Below are positions 16,681 to 23,332 of a stretch of 28,506 bases of DNA, piece by piece. The position numbers and the translations under genes are program-made. The notes below the pieces were generated by a model. That model searched no databases, was not told the DNA's origin, and saw only the letters and a program-made list of their open reading frames with translations. Each line of letters opens with the position of its first letter. The stretch's first letter is position 1. This DNA is from a virus (taxonomy: Duplodnaviria; Caudoviricetes). The stretch covers positions 1 through 28,506 of IMG/VR virus record IMGVR_UViG_3300012041_000054. One strand, given 5' to 3'.

Positions 16681-17303
16681 TGGCTGGCGCGTTATTCGTC
16701 CCTCCGTATCCGCAGTTCCGAGACGACGACGGCTCACCGCTCGCGTTCGGGGGTGTGCTGTTCTTCATCACCGGATCCGCCACGCCGATTGACGTCTACG
16801 AGGACCAAGAGCTTCTCACGACGCTTGGCGCGAACGTCTCGCTCGATGAGGGCGGGCGCCCGGTCAACGGGTCCAATACGCCCGTGAGCATCTGGATTGA
16901 TGCGGCCTTCGCCTACAAGGTGCGCGTGCAGCGCGTCGATGCCACGCTCGTGCGCGAAGTGGACCCCTATCGGCAGGGGGATCCGAATCGCACCGGATTC
17001 GAACGGGTGAACTATACCGCCGATGGCGCGTTGTCGGTCGTCCACGGGCTCCACAAAATCAGCAAGACATCAGCCGCGGCGATGACCCTCACGAATCCGA
17101 CCTCACTTGAGGAGGGATTCGTGATGCACATTCGCGCGACGACCGCGTTCGCGCATACGGTCACGCTGTCAGGGGGATTCGCGGGTGCTGGTGCAGGCGC
17201 CGACGTCGCGACGTTCGCGGGCGCCGTCGGAGACGGCTTTCAAATCGTTGCGGTGAACGGCCTGTGGCACGTCGTCGCGCTCACCAACGTCACGCTCGGA
17301 TAA
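16680..17303 (+). CDS. Short tailspike head-binding-like protein (paralog 2)
   Basis: TAATG coupling. PQFRDDDGSPLAFGGVLFFITGSATPIDVYED...VSLDEGGR is a typical spike/fibre attachment domain. Confidence 0.65.
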   Translation: MAGALFVPPYPQFRDDDGSPLAFGGVLFFITGSATPIDVYEDQELLTTLGANVSLDEGGRPVNGSNTPVSIWIDAAFAYKVRVQRVDATLVREVDPYRQGDPNRTGFERVNYTADGALSVVHGLHKISKTSAAAMTLTNPTSLEEGFVMHIRATTAFAHTVTLSGGFAGAGAGADVATFAGAVGDGFQIVAVNGLWHVVALTNVTLG

Positions 17304-17321
17304 CGGAAAAGAGAGAGACCG

Positions 17322-17750
17322 ATGGCGAACATGGTAACGAATAGAGGCAAATACGAGGTCTTTACCCTCGATGTGGCCGCCCAGGATCTGCGCGTGCTCC
17401 TCCTGAAGACCTACAGCGTGCTGGACATCGACGACAACGTGATCGACGACCTCGTGCCTGGCACCAACGAAGTCAGCGTCGGCGGCTATTCGCGTCAAAC
17501 GCTCGCGGGCGAAACGATCACAGAGGATGACTCCGCCAACGTCGCGTATCTCGACGCCACTGATCCGGTGTTCACGTCGTTGGTGACTGGCGAAACGGTG
17601 CAGGGCGCGATCCTCTTCCGGCACACGGGCTCGGATGCGACGGCGCCGGTCTGGGCTGGCTACGATCTTACTGACACTCCGACCAACGGCGGCAACATTA
17701 CGGTGCAATTCCAAGCGCCCGCTTCTGGCGGCGCATTACAGGGGGCGTGA
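17322..17750 (+). CDS. Small acidic virion structural protein (tail/fibre-associated family)
   Basis: EVSVGGYSRQTL...YLDATDPVF...TNGGNITVQF pattern common in phage minor structural proteins. Confidence 0.65.
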   Translation: MANMVTNRGKYEVFTLDVAAQDLRVLLLKTYSVLDIDDNVIDDLVPGTNEVSVGGYSRQTLAGETITEDDSANVAYLDATDPVFTSLVTGETVQGAILFRHTGSDATAPVWAGYDLTDTPTNGGNITVQFQAPASGGALQGA

Positions 17751-17757
17751 CGTGTCG

Positions 17758-18150
17758 ATGTTCAATTTCTTTCGCAAGTCCGGCACTGGCGCCACGGCCG
17801 CCGTCCAGCAGGTGACGCCCATTACACCGGTGGAAGTGCGCGACCTCTCCGGCACGATGAAATACCACGTGACGTGGGTGTGCACTGGCCCGAAGTGCAC
17901 GATCGGGAAGCCAGGCCACGAGCCGAAGAAGGCGACCATCACCATCCACGCGCGTGACGAACGCCCAGACGGGCCGAGCAACTTCGTCGCGGTCAAGGGA
18001 GGGCATTCGAAACTGCCCTCTTCAGACCTCACATGGAACGGGCTCATCGAGGAGCGCGGCTGGAAAAGCAATCCCGTGCTGTGCCCTGCCTGCCAGCGCG
18101 GCATGACGATCCGTGAATACAAAGAGCATCGTCGGAAGGGCGGGCTGTGA
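17758..18150 (+). CDS. Putative Zn-binding protein
   Basis: CTGPKC and CPAC pairs. Start is ATG 17758 or GTG 17752. Confidence 0.55.
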   Translation: MFNFFRKSGTGATAAVQQVTPITPVEVRDLSGTMKYHVTWVCTGPKCTIGKPGHEPKKATITIHARDERPDGPSNFVAVKGGHSKLPSSDLTWNGLIEERGWKSNPVLCPACQRGMTIREYKEHRRKGGL

Positions 18151-18446
18151 AACAGCGACGTTGGTTCTGCCAGTCTTGCGGGCGCGAGTGGATTGCTCCG
18201 TTCGATGGGTGTGACCCGGACTCGGCTCCATTCCGCGTGATCCCTGCAGGCGGGATCGTCGAAGTGGAGTGGCAACCGGAGATGGGGTGCCCGATGCCTG
18301 GGTGCGGTTGGGAGGGGATCACGCTTGTGGAATACACGCCTGCGTTCCCTGGCGGGGACATTTCGCGCGAGCAGCATCTTGCGCCGCCGCCTCCTCCACC
18401 GATCACGCCTCCGCTCTTGCAGCGGTTTCTAGGGCTCTTTCGATGA
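18147..18446 (+). CDS. Zn-ribbon protein with Pro-rich tail
   Basis: GTGA overlap. WFCQSCGREW...CPMPGCG. Confidence 0.55.
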   Translation: MKQRRWFCQSCGREWIAPFDGCDPDSAPFRVIPAGGIVEVEWQPEMGCPMPGCGWEGITLVEYTPAFPGGDISREQHLAPPPPPPITPPLLQRFLGLFR

Positions 18447-18559
18447 CGCACCACTGGTTTTGCAAGCTCTGTCGATATGAATGGCGAACGATCCTGCCTG
18501 TCGCGTCCTGTCAGTGCGGCAGTCGATCTCTCGCCGTAGTGACGGTGACACCGAAATGA
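18443..18559 (+). CDS. 38-aa Zn-ribbon microprotein
   Basis: ATGA overlaps at both ends. MTHHWFCKLCRYEW...CQCGS, similar to the N-terminus of the preceding ORF. Confidence 0.5.
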   Translation: MTHHWFCKLCRYEWRTILPVASCQCGSRSLAVVTVTPK

Positions 18560-18978
18560 AGCACTCCTTGAACGACGGCGCCGGGTTTCTTGAGATCGAC
18601 CACCGCGAGAGCCCAGGCATAGACCCGGCCACGCTACCCGCGGGGTTTATCACGGCGCCAGGCGGGCAACTCTTGGAGCGGGACACGAAGTCCTGCCGGC
18701 ACTGTCAACGGACGGTTGTGCTTAATCCTGGCCGCGTGCGTGCGCGAGCGGTGTGTCAGAAGTGCTACGGCTACATCTGCGACGAGTGCGAGAAGGTTCG
18801 CGCCGTCACGGGTCAGTGCGTGCCCTTCATGCTGCAGCTCGATCGCGCGGAGGCGCTCATCGAGAAATACGCGGGAGACCCTGAACACCCGAAGTCGCTG
18901 GTGACGCCCGCTGATGTGTCTGGCCAAGCGGCGCCGACCATCGCCGTGCCGTCATCGATCACGCTCACAGACGTGTAA
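18556..18978 (+). CDS. Cys-rich multi-CxxC Zn-finger protein
   Basis: ATGA overlap. CRHC-x16-CQKC-x4-CDEC-x9-C. Confidence 0.65.
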   Translation: MKHSLNDGAGFLEIDHRESPGIDPATLPAGFITAPGGQLLERDTKSCRHCQRTVVLNPGRVRARAVCQKCYGYICDECEKVRAVTGQCVPFMLQLDRAEALIEKYAGDPEHPKSLVTPADVSGQAAPTIAVPSSITLTDV

Positions 18979-18994
18979 GGAGAACACATCCCAT

Positions 18995-19765
18995 ATGCTG
19001 CCGACCGTTGCACCTGAAGCCATCGACTACGTTGTGCGCCCTGGCACCGTCCACGTGATTGTGCCGTGCCGCCCAGACCACGCGCGCCACGTCGAGTTCT
19101 TCTCGATGTTGCTTCAGCTGCGGTTGCCTCCCGGCTCATCGGCCGACCTCTATCCTGGCTTCTTCCCACACGACAACCGGTGCAAGGGTGTGCGGGATGC
19201 CCTGCTGCACGGCTCTGAATACTGCTTCTTCTTGGATGACGACCAACTTCTCGAGCCCGACACCGTCTTGCGGCTCCTGTCGCACGGCAAAGACATCGTG
19301 ACGGTGAATCTCCTCACGAAGGAATTCCCCTGGCAACCCTACATCTTCGAGCGACTCAAGGGGCACAACGATGTGTTTCCTCTGAGTCTGGAGAATAAGC
19401 GCGGGCTACATGCCGTTGATGCGTGCGGGCTCGGTGGTGTGCTGGTCAAGACCTCGGTCCTCACAAGGCTCGACTACCCCTGGTTCAACGTCAACGAGAC
19501 GTGGCGCACCGACGATCTCTATTTCTGCGACAAGGCGCGCACGGCGGGATTCGAGATTCACTGCGACTTCGACGCAATCTCCTGGCACATCACGCACGCA
19601 GCGGTCGCACCGGAATGGAACGAAGAGACCCACACCTGGCAGACGCGGATTCGCATCTCCAGCAAGGGAGAGGTCGCGATGAAGGCCGCGGTCTGGGGGC
19701 CTGACTACGAGGCGTGGCGATCACAACAAGAGTCCGCGTTCGAGGCGGAACTAACACGGAAGTAA
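18995..19765 (+). CDS. GT-A fold (family 2-like) glycosyltransferase
   Basis: AAGGAG RBS. VHVIVP, YCFFLDDD (DxD), DACGLGGVLVKTSVL and DDLYFCDKARTAGFEIHCD motifs. Confidence 0.85.
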   Translation: MLPTVAPEAIDYVVRPGTVHVIVPCRPDHARHVEFFSMLLQLRLPPGSSADLYPGFFPHDNRCKGVRDALLHGSEYCFFLDDDQLLEPDTVLRLLSHGKDIVTVNLLTKEFPWQPYIFERLKGHNDVFPLSLENKRGLHAVDACGLGGVLVKTSVLTRLDYPWFNVNETWRTDDLYFCDKARTAGFEIHCDFDAISWHITHAAVAPEWNEETHTWQTRIRISSKGEVAMKAAVWGPDYEAWRSQQESAFEAELTRK

Positions 19766-19780
19766 AGAGGAGTCTCACAC

Positions 19781-20278
19781 ATGGCTCGATGGTCAACTTC
19801 AATTCCAACGTGGACGACTGGCTCTGGCGTGGCCGATACAACCTCGTTCACGGACAGCAATCACCACACGATTCAGGGCGGGACCACGGTCCAGCGCGGG
19901 GAAATGCGCGAGATTTACCTTGCCGGGCAGGCCGCCGCGTCTGCGCCGCAAATCGCGTGCTTCGGGCGCACGTCCACCGTCGGAGCAACCTTGACGGCGC
20001 TCCGTATGGCGGCGCTCGATCCCTCGACTGAGGCCCTTGGCACGAACGCCACGGCGTTCGCGGTCTCCACAACCAAGCCAGGGCGCAGTAACACGCTCGG
20101 GATGTTGGTCGGCTGCGGCTTCAACGCCTTCGGCGGCATCGTCCGCTGGACGAACGGCCCAGACCAGATCATCAGCTACTTGGGGAAGGCGGCGAGCTTC
20201 GGGGAACTGTCGCTCAACTTCTTCACGGGCAACGCGACGGCGTCGATTCAATCGACGTTGATGTTCGAAACGCTGTAA
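19781..20278 (+). CDS. Hypothetical beta-rich, probably virion-associated protein
   Basis: Strong GAGGAG RBS. 165 aa, T/G/A-rich, GFNAFGGIVRW. Confidence 0.65.
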   Translation: MARWSTSIPTWTTGSGVADTTSFTDSNHHTIQGGTTVQRGEMREIYLAGQAAASAPQIACFGRTSTVGATLTALRMAALDPSTEALGTNATAFAVSTTKPGRSNTLGMLVGCGFNAFGGIVRWTNGPDQIISYLGKAASFGELSLNFFTGNATASIQSTLMFETL

Positions 20279-20284
20279 CCCGTC

Positions 20285-20674
20285 ATGCGGCGGGCCTGTC
20301 TGATCGCGGCACTTGTGGCGTGGGCGGTAATCTCCGCTCACGCGCAAGGCATCGTGACGACACCGAGTTCGGATATCTCGGTCACCGTGGCGATCTTCGC
20401 CTCGACGGCCACGGACCCCAACGTCGACGTGCATGTCTCTATCCGGGGCTACAACAAGGCTGACTGTGGCGGGTATACGTTCGTCGAGGAGTCTGGCCCC
20501 TTCGTCAACCCGACGACGTTCTACTACCCGGTCGTGCAGGACGTAACGACCTACGAATGCCGCGTCGATGTGACGCAGCAAGTCGCCGAACTCCCCAACG
20601 GGAGTTACAAGGCGTCGATCAAGAGAGGCAGCGCGACGTTCATGCCACTGAGTTCGACCTTCACCCGATCATGA
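20285..20674 (+). CDS. Small secreted protein (paralog A)
   Basis: Signal MRRACLIAALVAWAVISAHA|Q. 2 Cys in the mature part. Confidence 0.65.
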   Translation: MRRACLIAALVAWAVISAHAQGIVTTPSSDISVTVAIFASTATDPNVDVHVSIRGYNKADCGGYTFVEESGPFVNPTTFYYPVVQDVTTYECRVDVTQQVAELPNGSYKASIKRGSATFMPLSSTFTRS

Positions 20675-21171
20675 TTCCATTCCTCCTCGCCCAACTCGTA
20701 ACGCTGGTGGTCTTCAACGCCGCTGGCGCGGTGGTCTCCAGCCAGGTCTACACGGTCGAATGCGGGCTCGTGCCGAAGCTGGTGCAGGAAGTGCCAGTCA
20801 TCGATCCGGTCGAAGCGTATGGCGACGACCAAGCAGACCCGACGAAGGACTGCCGCGCGTTGATTGCCGCGCAGATTCAGGCCCTTCCCTACGGGACTGG
20901 CTACAAGATGGCGGCGCTCAAAGAGGACGGCACGTATGGCCCGCCATCGGTGCCCTTTCAGGCCGGGACGCCTCCTCCTCCGCCGCCAATCAAGACGTGC
21001 GTCTACCTCGGCGTCTACTACGGAGCGCCGTTCACGTTCCAAAGCGACTTCCAATGGGACGCGACCAAGGCGGCAGCGAACGCCGCGGCGATGCAGGCGG
21101 ACGGCTGGACGCTAGTGCAGACGAAGAAAGCGAACAAGAAATGGCAGTGGTGGAGGGCAACGTGCGTATAG
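20671..21171 (+). CDS. Small, possibly secreted protein (paralog B) with Pro linker and extra C-terminal domain
   Basis: ATGA overlap. Hydrophobic N-terminus MIPFLLAQLVTLVVF. Aligns with ORF 20285. 4 Cys. Confidence 0.6.
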   Translation: MIPFLLAQLVTLVVFNAAGAVVSSQVYTVECGLVPKLVQEVPVIDPVEAYGDDQADPTKDCRALIAAQIQALPYGTGYKMAALKEDGTYGPPSVPFQAGTPPPPPPIKTCVYLGVYYGAPFTFQSDFQWDATKAAANAAAMQADGWTLVQTKKANKKWQWWRATCV

Positions 21172-22652
21172 GGATCGGCATCGCGGCAGTCGCACTCGCG
21201 CTCGCTGCGGCGCCTGCCTCGGCTCAAGTCGCCTTCCCAGGCGCCGAGGGATTCGGGTCCACAACGCGCCACGCCTACGCTGGCTCGGCCACACCGGATA
21301 TTTGCCGCGTCACGAACACGAATAACTCAGGCGACGGGTCACTGCGAGAGGCACTCGCAGGCACAGGTGGCGGGACCAGTGAGATAGATTGCGACCACGA
21401 TCCTCGCATCGTTATTTTTGAGACAAGTGGGCTGGTAACACTGACCACGAGTATCGAGATCAACGATCCATATGTGTTCGTGGCTGGTGAAACGGCTCCT
21501 CAGCCTGGGTTCGCAGTCAAGGGATGCGGCATCTACGTCTCTGGTTTCAGCACAGACACGGCCCACGATGTGGTCATTCGACATGTCGTGGTCGCTCCAG
21601 GTGGCACATGTGACTCAAACGGTGGCTTGACTATTCAATACCCTGATGGTGGGGCAAACGCGAATATCGTCATCGACCATGTGTCGATTTTCTGGTCCAA
21701 CAACGAAAGCACGTCGGCTTTTGGGAATCCGACATTCGGCAACGTCACCTATTCCAATTCGTTCATCACGGAAGGGCTCAACAGTGCAGAGATTGGCAGC
21801 GGTGGTCCTATTGCTGCGGGCACGTCCGGAGCGAGCCCAATAACAAATGTTAGTTACATCCGGAATCTCTTCGCCCACATGCCCCGTCGTGGATGTATCT
21901 GGCAGTGGCAGCAAACTGAAGCGGCATTTATCAACAACGTCTGCTACAACGCCGCGAATACCGATGCGTCTCGGGCGCATTGGTTTACGTGTTCAGATGG
22001 GACTGCCCCTCCGGGATCACAAAACGGCCCAACGGATGGGAGCGTCTACTCGATTTTCCAAGGCCAATCGTATATCAAAGGCCCCACGGACCCCGATGGC
22101 CCCGTTGCAATTCAGTGGGACGATAACGGCACCTGCAACTTTAGTGGGGGCACTTACAAAATCTACCGAGACGACAACGTCTCTGATCCAAACGGCGGGA
22201 CAGCGTGGACGATGTTCTACAACCCGGCTGGTCGGCCCGATCCCAACGTAGGCACACCGCCCGTTGAACTTGAAGTAAGCACGGGCGTCAACATTCTCGA
22301 TGTCGTGACGATTCTTAGTGGATCAGCCACCGAAGCCTATGTGTTGGCGAACAGCGGGGCGTTCCCGGTGAGCCGCAATTCACACGATTCACGCATGGTG
22401 ACTGAGGTCGGGGCCTACACTGGATCAATCAAGACGAGTTCCACGTTTGGAGAGGGATCGCCAGGCACTTGGCCTACGTTCACCGTCAACACCATTGACC
22501 ATAGTAGCGGCACGCACCCGCGCCCGGCCTCGCCGCATACGGTGAGCACTGGTGGCTACACCAATCTTGAACTCTGGGTGGCGAGCTACGGGTGCGAAGT
22601 CGAGAACGGCTCAGATTGTTGGGGCGAGTCTGACCGAGTGAGGTTGCGGTAA
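21162..22652 (+). CDS. Secreted pectate lyase (PL1)-like beta-helix protein
   Basis: GGAGG then GTG 21162. Signal ...ALALAAAPASA|Q. AFPGAEGFG, VTNTNNSGDGSLREAL, PRIVIFETSG, AGETAP and IVIDHVS motifs. 10 Cys. Confidence 0.8.
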   Translation: MRIGIGIAAVALALAAAPASAQVAFPGAEGFGSTTRHAYAGSATPDICRVTNTNNSGDGSLREALAGTGGGTSEIDCDHDPRIVIFETSGLVTLTTSIEINDPYVFVAGETAPQPGFAVKGCGIYVSGFSTDTAHDVVIRHVVVAPGGTCDSNGGLTIQYPDGGANANIVIDHVSIFWSNNESTSAFGNPTFGNVTYSNSFITEGLNSAEIGSGGPIAAGTSGASPITNVSYIRNLFAHMPRRGCIWQWQQTEAAFINNVCYNAANTDASRAHWFTCSDGTAPPGSQNGPTDGSVYSIFQGQSYIKGPTDPDGPVAIQWDDNGTCNFSGGTYKIYRDDNVSDPNGGTAWTMFYNPAGRPDPNVGTPPVELEVSTGVNILDVVTILSGSATEAYVLANSGAFPVSRNSHDSRMVTEVGAYTGSIKTSSTFGEGSPGTWPTFTVNTIDHSSGTHPRPASPHTVSTGGYTNLELWVASYGCEVENGSDCWGESDRVRLR

Positions 22653-23332
22653 TGGCATTCTCGGTCGTCGATAGTGAAAAAGGACTCCACTCGAACAATG
22701 CCGGAGGCGGCACAACGACCGTCACGCTGACAGGTATCGCCGCTGGCGACATCATCGTTGTTGGACACACGCAGTATGAGAACGGCACGCAGGCGACGAT
22801 TGCCGACGACCAACTCAACACCTACGAGACCGGGATCTCGCGTCTCCATGCCGCGAACAGTCAACGTACGTTCATGCGATGGGTGTTGACTCCGGTCGCC
22901 GCGACCACGATCGTCACCGCGACCTATGCCGTCACTCCGCCGCGAAACGACGCGGTGTTGTTCGGACTCGTGCTTCGCGGCCTGACTCCCACTCCGCAAG
23001 ATACGGACTCGTCGGAAGGCGACGGCACGACGGTGACCGGCCCTACTGTCACTGTGACCGGCGACGGCATCATTATCGGATTGTTTGGAACGATGTCAAA
23101 CGCCCCGATCACAGCAACGAACGGCTTCACGAACATCATCGTAGAGGAATCGCTTGCCGTCGCTGTGGGCGCGATGGCCTACAAGGCCGTGTCGGCAGGC
23201 AACGACAACCCCGCATGGACAAAAGGTTCGTCAACTGGCAACTTGGACGACTGGTGTTCGATCGCAGCCGTCTTCGGATTAGCCGCGTCGGGCCTCCCCT
23301 TCATCACGCAACTCGATAGCCGGCGCATGTAA
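22652..23332 (+). CDS. Thr-rich beta-sandwich minor virion protein
   Basis: TAATG coupling. AAGDIIVV...TIADDQLNTY...WCSIAAVF pattern of phage minor tail domains. No signal peptide. Confidence 0.6.
   Translation: MAFSVVDSEKGLHSNNAGGGTTTVTLTGIAAGDIIVVGHTQYENGTQATIADDQLNTYETGISRLHAANSQRTFMRWVLTPVAATTIVTATYAVTPPRNDAVLFGLVLRGLTPTPQDTDSSEGDGTTVTGPTVTVTGDGIIIGLFGTMSNAPITATNGFTNIIVEESLAVAVGAMAYKAVSAGNDNPAWTKGSSTGNLDDWCSIAAVFGLAASGLPFITQLDSRRM

Noticed and set aside
20285-20345. Lipoprotein or Tat signal (MRRAC...; also MTRRAW in 4503)
   Set aside because: The Cys is at position 5, not after a hydrophobic lipobox. The RR pairs lack the S/T-R-R-x-F-L consensus, so Sec/SPase I is more likely, though Tat is not strictly excluded for 4503.
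20760-21161. Extended N-terminus of the pectate-lyase-like ORF given in the ORF track
   Set aside because: Overlaps ORF 20671. GTG 21162 has a GGAGG RBS and yields a clean signal peptide. Similar over-extensions were trimmed for the track ORFs starting at 4494, 7768, 11232, 13367, 14786, 15952, 16641, 17635, 18269, 18481, 18914, 20557 and 25843.
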